Shown here: positions 18,127 through 27,031 of the stretch, piece by piece
Numbering within the stretch: position 1 is the first letter of the stretch
How the letters are laid out: the number at the start of each line of letters is the position of its first letter
From: Chloroflexia bacterium
GTDB lineage: Bacteria; Chloroflexota; Chloroflexia; QHBQ01; JAICKM01
NCBI GenBank assembly: GCA_038228295.1
Contig: JBBRPH010000004.1
Location: forward strand, 11,118-75,117
DNA: 64,000 bases
Direction: 5' to 3'
The notes under the pieces: generated by a model
Database searches by the model: none
Seen by the model: the letters and a program-made list of their open reading frames with translations, nothing else
What the model was told of the DNA's origin: nothing
Program-made: the position numbers and the translations under genes

Positions 18127-19332
18127 GTGACGGTCTTTGGCTTGCAGCTAGATGCCCTACGCCTAGTTTTTCTCGGCTTGTTCCTGCTGCCTGATCCGCT
18201 GGGCCGGGCGGGGTGGACGCACCGGCAGTGGCTGAGTGGGAGCCTCTGCCGGCTGGGCCTGATGCTAACCGCATTGGCCGGATCTAGCTGGATCGCGCTT
18301 GCCGGCTTGGCGGCGGCGGTGCTGGGCTTGTTATGGGCGGCGGGCCGCGTGCGGTGGGGGCCGCTATTGGCTCTGGCGGCACTGTTGCCGGTAGCGCTGT
18401 CCGGCAGCTTCGATGGGCGACCCGCGCCCGGTCAACCGCTTACCTCGCTATCATGGGCGCTGGTGGGTTGTGCGTTGGCGGGTGTGGTCCTTGCCCTCGA
18501 TCTTCCGTTGCTATGGCGCAGGGATGGGCCTAGCCCCTCCGCTGATCCGCCGGCTGCTTGGCTTGCGCTGCTCTATGCGCTCGGCGTGGGCTTGCCGCTG
18601 CTCTACAGCTTGGCGGCGGGGCCGTGGGATGCATCCAGTCGCTTGGCAGCGCTAGCAGTTGGGTTGGCGCTGTTGGGTACGGCGGCGTGGGTTGCTTGGC
18701 GCGCGACCGCCGCAACAGCGGCGTTGCAGGCATTGGCGGTCTATACGCTGAGCCTGCTGATCCTCGCGTTAGGCAGCGGCAGCGCCGGGGCGGTGGGCGG
18801 GGCAGGGCTGGCGGTAGTGAGTGCTCTAATCGGGACCGGCCTTTTACCGGCGGCGCGGCCCGCACGCCGGCTGGGTTTGGCCGCGTTCGGTTTACCCCCG
18901 GCGCTCGGTTTCACCGGCCTCTGGTTGCTGCTTGACGCGACCCTGGCCGCCCGCTTGCCGCTGGCGACTCTGGCGGTGCCCGGTACGGCTTTGCTTGTAA
19001 CGACAGCGTTGGCGCGGACGCTGCCTGCGGTCGGGGAGAGGCGCCGGCCTCTGGCTTGGATCGGGGCCGGTGGGTTGCTGGGCGCGGGGTTGCTGCCGGA
19101 ACTAGTGGTAAACAGTGCGCTGCGGCCTGCGCTTAACACCCTGGCAGCGGGCCTGCCCGCGCTGGCTGATGGGCACCCCGCGCCGGGTCTGGGTCTGTTG
19201 CTCGTGCGCGGCAACGCGACGGCGGCCGGTTGGCCCGCACTGGGGGTGGGCGCCGCCCTGTTGCTGACGCTGGCCGGAGCCGAGGCGCTAGCCCGCTTGC
19301 ACGGCCTATTTGCCCGCCGCGCTGATGTTTGA
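18127..19332 (+). CDS. Ala/Leu/Gly-rich polytopic membrane protein with one antiporter-like motif; function unknown
   Basis: About 10 predicted TM segments and high GC3. Segment LGLAAFGLPPALGFTGLWLLL resembles the GxPPxxGFxxKW motif of NuoN/Mrp-type subunits, but most of that fold is not recognisable. Confidence 0.4.
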   Translation: MTVFGLQLDALRLVFLGLFLLPDPLGRAGWTHRQWLSGSLCRLGLMLTALAGSSWIALAGLAAAVLGLLWAAGRVRWGPLLALAALLPVALSGSFDGRPAPGQPLTSLSWALVGCALAGVVLALDLPLLWRRDGPSPSADPPAAWLALLYALGVGLPLLYSLAAGPWDASSRLAALAVGLALLGTAAWVAWRATAATAALQALAVYTLSLLILALGSGSAGAVGGAGLAVVSALIGTGLLPAARPARRLGLAAFGLPPALGFTGLWLLLDATLAARLPLATLAVPGTALLVTTALARTLPAVGERRRPLAWIGAGGLLGAGLLPELVVNSALRPALNTLAAGLPALADGHPAPGLGLLLVRGNATAAGWPALGVGAALLLTLAGAEALARLHGLFARRADV

Positions 19333-20092
19333 CGACGAAGCCGGACGCGCTTTTTCCGCCTTTGTCTTGGCCCTGTTGCCGCGCCTGCTGCTCTATCCCG
19401 GTGGCCTGTTCGCGCTCGTGGTCGCCGGTGTGTTCCCCTTCCTGCTGCACTCTCGGCACAGCGCGGTGTCCGCCGTCCCCTTGCCCCCCCCGTCCGCAAC
19501 GTCTGCGATTTTCGCGACGGCGTTGGCTTGGGCGGGACTGGCCTTGCTGCCGTTGCCGGGTCTCACCGCGTTACCCGGCGGCCCTGATCTACTTGCACCG
19601 TTGGGCCTGTTACTGGCCGCCAGTTTGCTCCTGATACCGCTACCACCCAACCCGGATCGGCGGGTAGCTGGCGGCTATGGCTTGCTACTCCTGTCGCCGC
19701 TGCTGACCCTCGCGCAATCGCCGACCGGTAGCTTGCTGCTCTTGCCCGCACCCACTACCCTGTTAGGCGGCGCGCTGCGTGGGCTAACGCTGCTCGCATT
19801 CGCTAGCGGATTTGCTGTGGTTTATGCCGCACCTATGCCCAGAGATTTCATATCAACTTTAGCTATACATATCCCACAAATCGGTTGGTTAGGCTTAGGC
19901 GCGGTAATGAGTATCTGGCCGCTGCCGGTTGATTCGCCTCTGATCGGCCCGTTGCTGTTAGGCGGGCCCGCGCTTATCGTCGGTAGGCTCTGTGCACTGC
20001 CCGCCGTGCAGCGGTATGCGGGGCGGCTAGTTACAGTAGGTTGGGCGGCGTTGGGTCTGGCGCTGGTTGGTGTACTGGGGCAGGGATTGTAG
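19325..20092 (+). CDS. Hydrophobic membrane protein, function unknown
   Basis: ATG 19325 overlaps the upstream stop (19330-19332) by 8 nt, suggesting translational coupling. Six to eight hydrophobic segments and no recognisable motif. Confidence 0.4.
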   Translation: MFDDEAGRAFSAFVLALLPRLLLYPGGLFALVVAGVFPFLLHSRHSAVSAVPLPPPSATSAIFATALAWAGLALLPLPGLTALPGGPDLLAPLGLLLAASLLLIPLPPNPDRRVAGGYGLLLLSPLLTLAQSPTGSLLLLPAPTTLLGGALRGLTLLAFASGFAVVYAAPMPRDFISTLAIHIPQIGWLGLGAVMSIWPLPVDSPLIGPLLLGGPALIVGRLCALPAVQRYAGRLVTVGWAALGLALVGVLGQGL

Positions 20093-20191
20093 GCGGCGAC
20101 CTAGGGGCGCTGCTTGTTGCGCCGCTCATTCCCCATCCGTCGCAGACGCGGCAGGCAGGGTTGCACCAGCATAAGCGAACTCAGAACTCCG

Positions 20192-21277
20192 CTACGCGGC
20201 AGCGGCGGCCAAGCGGTTTTGTAGCAGACGCAATACGGCGGCTTCATCGGGGGGTAGGAGCGATCCTTCCTCGGCCATCTCCTCGGCCACCCGCTGCTGA
20301 AGCGTAGCGATCATCGTGCCGTCCAGATAAGACTCGATGATGGCCGGGTGAACGTAGCACTTGCGGCAAATCGCCGGCGTGTTGCCCAGCTTACTAGCGA
20401 CCTGCTTGATGGCCGCCGTGACTGCTTTTTTGGTCGGCTTGTTGTCCTTATTCTCAGTGCCGACCGCCTGCAAGGCGAGGGCGGCTAAAACGGTACCGCC
20501 CCAGGTGCGGAAGTCTTTGGCCGTAAAATCCTCGCCGCTGATGGCCTGTAGATAGGCGTTCACGTCGTCCGAGTCCACGGCTTGGATTGTGCCGTCGCCA
20601 TCTTTGTAGTGAAACAGTTCCTGACCGGGCAGATCCTGACAGCGTTTGATGACGGCGGCTACTCGGCGGTCTCGGATGGCGATGTCGTGGTCTTTGCCGC
20701 TTTTGCCGCGAAATTGGAAGCGTAGGGTGCTACCGCTCACATCTACATGATCTTCGTGCATGGTGGTCAGGCCGTAGGACTCGTTTTGGCGGGCGTATTC
20801 TTCGTTGCCGACGCGGATGAAGGTGGTTTCCAGCAAGCGTACCAGCGTTGCCAGTACCTTGTCGCGGGGCAAGCCGGGCAGGCTCAGATCGTGGTCCACG
20901 CGCGCGCGGATCGCCGGCAGCGCGCTGCCGAAGGCCATCATGCGTCCGTACTTGGTCTCATCGCGCACCTCACGCCAGCGCGGGTGGTAGCGGTACTGCT
21001 TGCGGCCTTTCACGTCGCGCCCCGTGGCCTGGATATGGCCGCGCTTATCGGGGCAGATCCACACCCGCTCCCAGGCCGGCGGAATGCCGAGGCTCTTAAT
21101 GCGCTCTAATGTCGCGGCGTCCTCGATCAGATCGCCGGTCTTACTACGGTACTGGAAGTCGGCGCCTACCCGTTGGCGCGTGATACCCGGTTTGGTATCA
21201 TGCACATAACGTAGCCCGGCTGCTTTGGCGGACTCGACCGGATCGGTGATCAGTTCAGGGAGGGATTCATCGCTCAT
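20192..21277 (-). CDS. DNA topoisomerase IB (bacterial, poxvirus-like)
   Basis: AAGLRYVHDTKPGITR, LGIPPAWERVWICPDKRGHIQATGRDVKGRKQYRYHPRW and a C-terminal region CRKCYVHP containing the catalytic Tyr. Start set at MSDESL (21277). Confidence 0.8.
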   Translation of the reverse strand: MSDESLPELITDPVESAKAAGLRYVHDTKPGITRQRVGADFQYRSKTGDLIEDAATLERIKSLGIPPAWERVWICPDKRGHIQATGRDVKGRKQYRYHPRWREVRDETKYGRMMAFGSALPAIRARVDHDLSLPGLPRDKVLATLVRLLETTFIRVGNEEYARQNESYGLTTMHEDHVDVSGSTLRFQFRGKSGKDHDIAIRDRRVAAVIKRCQDLPGQELFHYKDGDGTIQAVDSDDVNAYLQAISGEDFTAKDFRTWGGTVLAALALQAVGTENKDNKPTKKAVTAAIKQVASKLGNTPAICRKCYVHPAIIESYLDGTMIATLQQRVAEEMAEEGSLLPPDEAAVLRLLQNRLAAAAA

Positions 21278-21332
21278 GCCGCTTGCCCAAGCAAACGGCG
21301 GGCCACGGTGGTGACAAGAGAGGAGAGAACCC

Positions 21333-21431
21333 ATGCGAACTTTTACGGCTTATATCGAATTTGATTCCGAAACCGATCTATACGTCGCCATTATCCCCAA
21401 CGTTCCGGGTGCTCACAAGCAACGGAGGTGA
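21333..21431 (+). pseudogene. HicB-family antitoxin N-terminal relic (32 codons)
   Basis: AGGAGAG RBS, then MRTFTAYIEFDSETDLYVAIIPNVPGAH followed by KQRR-stop. HicB/UPF0150 proteins continue GAHSQGETLDEL; a +1 frame gives SNGGEPL before similarity ends. Confidence 0.5.
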
Positions 21432-21464
21432 GCCATTGCCCACCCCCGTCCATTACTACCCGCT

Positions 21465-21481
21465 AATTCAGAATTCAGAAC
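21465..21481. repeat. Heptamer array (AATTCAG AATTCAG AAC) adjoining the nuoN stop
   Basis: TTCAGAATTCAGAAC (21467-21481) is the exact reverse complement of 54240-54254. Confidence 0.8.
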
Positions 21482-21485
21482 TTCG

Positions 21486-23027
21486 TCACCGCCCGGCCAG
21501 CCCCTTCATGACCGAGTCGGCCACCGGTTGCAGCGGGATCGAGAGTTGGGTCATGCTGAGGAAGACCCCGCCCAGGATAAACAGCACTACGGTCGCCAGC
21601 GAGGTGACGACGAGGCCGCCGGAGACCAGCGGGCCGCGACGAGCCACCAGCGTTGTTTGCGCCGGCTCGAAGTACATATACCAGATCACGCGCAGGTAAT
21701 AAAAAGTGCCGATGGCGCTGTTCAACACGCCGATCACGGCCAGCCAGGTTAAGTTAGAGTGCAAGGCGGCCAGGAAGACGTAATACTTGGCAAGGAAGCC
21801 GATGGTCGGCGGAATGCCGGCTAGCGACAGCATCAGTACCAGCATGGTCGCGGCGGGCAACGGTGCCCAGGTCGATAGCCCACGGAAGTCGTCCAGGTAC
21901 TCGGTGCCGCCGTTGCGTTCCATCCAGATGATCAAGCCGAACGCACCCATGTTCATGATTACATAGGCGAACAGGTAGAAGAGCAGGCTGGCGAGCGCTT
22001 GGTTGCCGCCGTCTCCGCCGATTAGCGAGGGGTTATAGGAGGCCAGTGCCACCATGACATAGCCGGTGTGCGCGATGCTTGAATAGGCCAGCATCCGCTT
22101 GACGCTGCGCTGGGCTAGGCCGATCACGTTGCCCAGCGTCATAGTTAGCACGGCTAGTACCGCGATCACGGGGGTCCATTGCTGCCAGGCCGGTCCCAAC
22201 GCCTCGATCAGGATACGCACGATGGCCGCGAAACCGGCCGCTTTGGGGCCGACCGACATGATCGCGCTGACCGGCGTGGGCGCGCCCTGGTAGGCATCGG
22301 GGGTCCACATATGGAAGGGCACCGCTGCCACTTTGAAGCCGAGGCCCGCGATCAGCAGCAGCATCGCCAGCAGTAGCCCACCCTGGCCTGATTGCCCACT
22401 GGTCACAATCGTTCGCACCTGCTGAGCGATCAACGGGATGTTAGTCGTGCCGGTCATGCCGTAGAGCCAAGCCATGCCGTAGACTAGGATGGCCGTGGCG
22501 AATGTGCCGAGTAGAAAATACTTGAGCGCAGCTTCATTCGATAGCTTGTTGTTGCGGGCAAAACCGGTCATGATATAGGTTGAGATAGACGACAATTCGA
22601 TGCCGACGAAAATCAGCGTCAGGTCGTGCGCCGCGCCCACAATCATCATGCCTAACGTTGCCATCGCCAGGATCGAGTAGAAGTCGCCCAGCGGCATACC
22701 CTTCTCCTCGATATAATTCGCGGCGAAGATCACGCCGATCAAGGCCGAGAGCAAGGCTAGGATGCGAAACCACAATCCTAGCCGATCCAGCACAACCATG
22801 CCCGAAAAGGAATCGATGGGCTTGGCCTGCGCGGAGAAGAAGCCGACGCACACCACCAGCGCCACAGCATAGCCGACGACGCTGACCCACGTCAGCATCC
22901 CCTTGCCGGCCGGGCGGATAATGAGTTCACCGATCAGCAGCACAATCGTCAGCGCCATGATGATCAGTTCGGGCGCGATGGTGCTAAGATCGGTACTAAT
23001 ACTAATAGCAGGTAGTTGCAGTGGCAT
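21486..23027 (-). CDS. nuoN: NADH-quinone oxidoreductase subunit N
   Basis: 14-TM antiporter-like protein (Proton_antipo_M motifs, LSLAGIPPTIGFLAKYYVF); last gene of the nuo cluster. Confidence 0.9.
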   Translation of the reverse strand: MPLQLPAISISTDLSTIAPELIIMALTIVLLIGELIIRPAGKGMLTWVSVVGYAVALVVCVGFFSAQAKPIDSFSGMVVLDRLGLWFRILALLSALIGVIFAANYIEEKGMPLGDFYSILAMATLGMMIVGAAHDLTLIFVGIELSSISTYIMTGFARNNKLSNEAALKYFLLGTFATAILVYGMAWLYGMTGTTNIPLIAQQVRTIVTSGQSGQGGLLLAMLLLIAGLGFKVAAVPFHMWTPDAYQGAPTPVSAIMSVGPKAAGFAAIVRILIEALGPAWQQWTPVIAVLAVLTMTLGNVIGLAQRSVKRMLAYSSIAHTGYVMVALASYNPSLIGGDGGNQALASLLFYLFAYVIMNMGAFGLIIWMERNGGTEYLDDFRGLSTWAPLPAATMLVLMLSLAGIPPTIGFLAKYYVFLAALHSNLTWLAVIGVLNSAIGTFYYLRVIWYMYFEPAQTTLVARRGPLVSGGLVVTSLATVVLFILGGVFLSMTQLSIPLQPVADSVMKGLAGR

Positions 23028-23078
23028 AGATACCTCGTTAGTGGCTTGCCCGGTAGGCCGGGCAGGCGGGCCGTGCGT

Positions 23079-24659
23079 CTAGCGCATCAGGTGGTTCAAG
23101 AAGCCGACGACAGCCGGCTGGTTCATGGCGACCGCCACTTTTTGGAACAACGCATCGTCGGTGGTGCGGGTGATGTCCAGGAAGAGGCTCGGTGCCACGC
23201 CCATGACGAGGCTTAGTATCACCAGCGGCACCAGCCCGACCATTTCCAGCGGGTTTAGGTCGCGGAAGCCGGCGGAACTCGCTTTCGGTGCTTGGAACAT
23301 CACGCGCTGGAACATCCAGAGCATATACCAAGCGGCGAAGATGACCACGACCGTGGTGAGCGCACCGACCAGCCAGTTGACGCGGAACGCGCCCAGCATC
23401 ACCAAGAACTCGCCGACGAAGCCGCTGAGAAGCGGTAAGCCGAGCGATCCCATTGTCACGATCAGGAACAGGGTTGAGTACACCGGCATCCGGGCCGTGA
23501 TGCCGCCCATCGCGCTGATTTCGCGTGTGTGCAAGCGGTTGTAGATTACGCCCACGCAGAGGAACAGCGCACCGGTCAGGAAGCCGTGACTTAACATCAC
23601 GATCACCGCGCCGTCAATACCCTGTATCGCGCCTTGCGAACCACCCGTCACCGGCAACAGCGAGATAAACAGGCCCAGCGTGACAAAGCCCATGTGGCTG
23701 ACCGAAGAATAGGCGATCAGCTTTTTGAGATCGGGCTGCACCAGTGAGACCAGGGAGCCGTAGAGGATGGCGATCACCGAGAGGACGATCATCAGCGGGG
23801 CTAGTGCCGTCGCGCCCTGGGGGGTCATCGGCAGGGCAAAGCGGATGAAGCCGAACGCGCCCATTTTGAGCATCACCCCGGCCAGGATGATCGAGCCGGC
23901 AGTGGGTGCCTGGACATGGGCATCGGGCAGCCAAGTATGGAACGGGAACATAGGCACCTTGACCGCGAACGCCGCCGCGAAGGCCAAGAAGACCCAGATT
24001 TGGAAGTTTTGCCCAAAGGTGCCCGACTTAGAGGCGATTTCGATGATGTCCAGCGAGCCGGTTTGCAGATACAACGCGATGATGCCGACCAGCATCAACA
24101 GTGAGCCGGCCAGCGTGTAGAGGAAGAACTTGAGCGCGGCATAGACGCGGTTGCCGCTGCCCCAAATCCCGATCAGCAGCGCCATTGGGATCAGCATCAG
24201 TTCCCAGAAAATGTAGAACAGGAAGAAGTTGAGGCTGACAAACACGCCGATCATAGCCGTTTCCAACACCAGCAGCCAGATATAATACTCGCGTTCGCGC
24301 TTCTGGATCGGATCCCAGGAGACCAGGATCGAGATCAGCGTCAGCAGCGTGGTCAGGATGATCAGCAGCATCGCCAAGCCGTCCACGCCGACATGGTAAC
24401 GGATGCCAAGCTGCTCCAGCCACGGCACGTTGACCGCGAACTGCATCTGCGCCATGCCCGTGCCGGGGATGATGCCCTGATTGTAGTTGTAGGACGGCAG
24501 CATGATCAACGACAGCACTAGGTCTATCGCTGCGCCGATGGCCGCGATCACCTTGAACTGCGGCGCTTTCCAGGTGGGCAGCAGCATGATCGCCACAAAC
24601 ACCATGGGCAAGAATGTGACCAGCGTTAAGATCAGCGGTAGACCGTTATCTGTTTCCAC
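23079..24659 (-). CDS. nuoM: NADH-quinone oxidoreductase subunit M
   Basis: Antiporter-like subunit with HTWLPDAHVQAPTAGSIILAG. Start set at GTG 24659 (VETDNG...), preceded by TGAGG and 12 nt after the nuoL stop codon; the 24854 start would overlap nuoL. Confidence 0.9.
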   Translation of the reverse strand: METDNGLPLILTLVTFLPMVFVAIMLLPTWKAPQFKVIAAIGAAIDLVLSLIMLPSYNYNQGIIPGTGMAQMQFAVNVPWLEQLGIRYHVGVDGLAMLLIILTTLLTLISILVSWDPIQKREREYYIWLLVLETAMIGVFVSLNFFLFYIFWELMLIPMALLIGIWGSGNRVYAALKFFLYTLAGSLLMLVGIIALYLQTGSLDIIEIASKSGTFGQNFQIWVFLAFAAAFAVKVPMFPFHTWLPDAHVQAPTAGSIILAGVMLKMGAFGFIRFALPMTPQGATALAPLMIVLSVIAILYGSLVSLVQPDLKKLIAYSSVSHMGFVTLGLFISLLPVTGGSQGAIQGIDGAVIVMLSHGFLTGALFLCVGVIYNRLHTREISAMGGITARMPVYSTLFLIVTMGSLGLPLLSGFVGEFLVMLGAFRVNWLVGALTTVVVIFAAWYMLWMFQRVMFQAPKASSAGFRDLNPLEMVGLVPLVILSLVMGVAPSLFLDITRTTDDALFQKVAVAMNQPAVVGFLNHLMR

Positions 24660-24673
24660 GAGTAACCTCACTA

Positions 24674-26929
24674 TTAGCGCGCTAGGGTCGAAATCAAGAC
24701 ATAGCCCAGCAGCACGAACACGCCGAGCGCGATACCGAAGGCATAGTTGGCGACGAAGCCGGTCTGGGTGCGGCGCAGGCGACCGGCGGCCCAGCCGTAG
24801 AACGCGGCCACGCCGTTCACTGCGCCGTCTACCACATTGCGGTCGAAGGCCCACAGCCCATTGGCGAGTGCTTTGCCGCCGCGCACAAACAGCAGGTCGT
24901 AGAGTTCATCGAAGAACCAGCGCATCCGCACCGCCCGGTAAAGCGGCCCGCTCATGCGGCCCAGGCTCTCGTCCGCGCCGGTGGGCCGGGCGTACATCAG
25001 GAAGGCTAGACCGATGCCCGCCACCGCGAACAACAGGCTAATCAACTGGAGGCCGAAGGTCTGTGTGAAACGTTCCGGCGCATAGCCACCTTGCGCGGGC
25101 ACCACCTCGGCGTGCATCGCCGCAAAAGCGGGCTGGAACACCGGGTCCACGAACTTGTGGAACAGCCCGGCTTCGGGCGGGAAGCCCAAGAAGCCCACCA
25201 ACACCGCCGCGCCGGCCAGAATAAGCAACGGGATGGTCATAATTGGTGGCGACTCGTGCGGGTGGACCACGGCTGGATCCCAGCGCTTCTGGTTGAAGAA
25301 AACCAGGAAGACCAGACGGAACATATAGAAGGCGGTTAGGAACGAACCGACCCACAGCAGGCCGCCGACAATCGCCCCTACGCCGTGTGGGTTGTTGAGG
25401 ATCAGGCCGCTGATGATCTCGTCTTTCGACCAGAAACCGGCGAAGGGCGCGATACCGGCGTTCGCCAGCGCTCCGATAATAAAGGTCGCCGCAGTGATCG
25501 GCATATAGCGGGCCAGTCCGCCCATCCAGCGGATGTCCTGGCCGTCTTTGCCTTCGCCTTCCAGGTCGTGCATCCCATGCAACACCGAGCCGGAGCCGAG
25601 GAAGAGCAGCCCCTTGAAGAAGGCGTGGGTGAACAGGTGGAAGATGGCGGCGGCCCAGAGGCCACCGCCCAGTGCGGCGAACATATAGCCCAACTGGCTG
25701 ACCGTCGAATAGGCCACCACCTGCTTGAGGTCGGTGGCGGTGCAGGCAATGGTCGCCCCCAGCAGCGCGGTCACGGTGCCGATGATCATCACCACCAACA
25801 GCGCATCGGGCGCGTGGCTAAAGACCGGATTGGAGCGCGCCACCAGATACACCCCCGCCGTGACCATCGTGGCGGCATGGATTAGTGCGCTCACCGGCGT
25901 AGGCCCGGCCATCGCATCGGGCAACCACACGTGCAGCGGGAACTGGGCCGACTTACCCATCGCGCCCATAAACAGCAGCAAGCACATCACCGTCATATTG
26001 CCGAGGATAAACGTCTGGTTGGGCGCTTGCTGGAACACGCTGCCGTAGGCCAGTGTGCCGAAGTTGACGAACATCAGCATGATGCCGAGAGCCAAGCCCA
26101 GGTCACCGATGCGGTTGACGATAAAGGCTTTCTTAGATGCCTCAAACGGCACGTCTTTGCGGAGGAAGCCCTTGATGTCTTGGAAGATGTCGCGCTTCTG
26201 ATACCAGAAGCCGATCAGCAGGAACGAGGAGAGGCCGACCAGTTCCCAGCCGACAAACAGCATCAGATAGTTGTTTGCCAGCACCAGCACCAGCATACTG
26301 AACACAAACAGGTTGAGGAAGCTGAAGAAGCGCACGATCCCGCCGTCGCGTTGCAGCCCGCCCGCAATGCGCCAGCCGCCGTTGCCGGGGCGCGTCTGAG
26401 GGTCAATCGGGGCCGGCGTCGGCTGCGTGCCCGACTCGCCGGTGCCGTGTGCCACATGGTCGTCGGCTGCGTGTGCGTCGTGCGCCGTGGAGACAGCGGC
26501 GGCGCTGGGCGTCGCGTGTGCGTCAGCGGGACTGTGCGCGGCTCCATGCCCGCCCTGGGCCTCCACCGACGGGTCGCGCCCATCGTCTTTCATGTAGCCA
26601 ATGGCATATATATGGACCAGCGTCGCCACACCGGTCACCACCAGCAGCATCACGGCGGTCAGGCGGTCTACCCAGAGGCCGATCTCCGGGCGGAAATCGC
26701 CCGACGGAATCCAGGTGTAGAGTACGAGGTTCACGGCGTGGTCGAGGCCGGCCACCTGCATCGCCACCAGGATGGACAGCACCAGCGACAAAGCGGTGCA
26801 GGCCGTGGCGATGTATGCGGCGATCATGCGCGCCCCGCTACGGGTCAACATCCGCCCCCCGAGGCCGGTAATTAGCATCCCTACTAACGGCAGCGTTGGA
26901 ATCAGCCAAACGATGTCTTTAACGTCCAT
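24674..26929 (-). CDS. nuoL: NADH-quinone oxidoreductase subunit L, with an extra loop of about 80 aa
   Basis: Antiporter-like subunit (HVWLPDAMAGPTPVSALIHAATMVTAG) with a C-terminal lateral-helix region. 751 aa versus about 610-650 aa typical. Confidence 0.9.
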   Translation of the reverse strand: MDVKDIVWLIPTLPLVGMLITGLGGRMLTRSGARMIAAYIATACTALSLVLSILVAMQVAGLDHAVNLVLYTWIPSGDFRPEIGLWVDRLTAVMLLVVTGVATLVHIYAIGYMKDDGRDPSVEAQGGHGAAHSPADAHATPSAAAVSTAHDAHAADDHVAHGTGESGTQPTPAPIDPQTRPGNGGWRIAGGLQRDGGIVRFFSFLNLFVFSMLVLVLANNYLMLFVGWELVGLSSFLLIGFWYQKRDIFQDIKGFLRKDVPFEASKKAFIVNRIGDLGLALGIMLMFVNFGTLAYGSVFQQAPNQTFILGNMTVMCLLLFMGAMGKSAQFPLHVWLPDAMAGPTPVSALIHAATMVTAGVYLVARSNPVFSHAPDALLVVMIIGTVTALLGATIACTATDLKQVVAYSTVSQLGYMFAALGGGLWAAAIFHLFTHAFFKGLLFLGSGSVLHGMHDLEGEGKDGQDIRWMGGLARYMPITAATFIIGALANAGIAPFAGFWSKDEIISGLILNNPHGVGAIVGGLLWVGSFLTAFYMFRLVFLVFFNQKRWDPAVVHPHESPPIMTIPLLILAGAAVLVGFLGFPPEAGLFHKFVDPVFQPAFAAMHAEVVPAQGGYAPERFTQTFGLQLISLLFAVAGIGLAFLMYARPTGADESLGRMSGPLYRAVRMRWFFDELYDLLFVRGGKALANGLWAFDRNVVDGAVNGVAAFYGWAAGRLRRTQTGFVANYAFGIALGVFVLLGYVLISTLAR

Positions 26930-26953
26930 GAGCCTTCCTCTTTGATATCTAGG

Positions 26954-26981
26954 TATCAGATATCAGGTATCAGGTATCAGG
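26954..26981. repeat. Heptamer array (TATCAGR) x4 in the nuoK-nuoL spacer
   Basis: TATCAGA TATCAGG TATCAGG TATCAGG, preceded by a degenerate TATCTAGG. Confidence 0.9.
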
Positions 26982-27010
26982 CAGCGATCCGCGATCATCG
27001 TACTCCGTCT

Positions 27011-27031
27011 CCTGATGCCTGACCCCTGACC
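27011..27031. repeat. Inverted heptamer array (CCTGATG CCTGACC CCTGACC)
   Basis: Reverse complement GGTCAGG GGTCAGG CATCAGG matches the 26954-26981 units at 5-6 of 7 positions. Confidence 0.85.

Noticed and set aside
18741-19499. 252-aa minus-strand ORF rich in Arg/Pro/Ala opposite the membrane-protein genes
   Set aside because: Typical antisense shadow ORF of a high-GC gene. The composition is non-protein-like, and the plus-strand frames show hydrophobic periodicity and high GC3.
23079-24854. Long N-terminal extensions in the ORF track (nuoM to 24854, nuoH to 30408, nuoK to 27423, methylase to 16268, TopIB to 21334, GT2 to 41164, SARP to 60280, and 42712-43764, 47528-48370, 48408-50441)
   Set aside because: The extensions overlap upstream genes or lack an RBS. 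Internal starts with Shine-Dalgarno sequences and family-typical N-termini were preferred.
25931-26875. Long plus-strand ORFs inside nuoL, nuoF, nuoG, nuoE and the GT2 gene (for example 25931-26875, 35460-36377, 34716-35387, 36423-37112, 40304-40963)
   Set aside because: All lie antisense to genes with unambiguous conserved motifs and have Arg/His/Gln-rich low-complexity products. They are artefacts of high GC.
26954-27031. Heptamer and other short tandem arrays considered as CRISPR arrays
   Set aside because: The units are 7 nt with no spacers, the arrays are under 40 nt, and there are no cas genes. They are not CRISPR.
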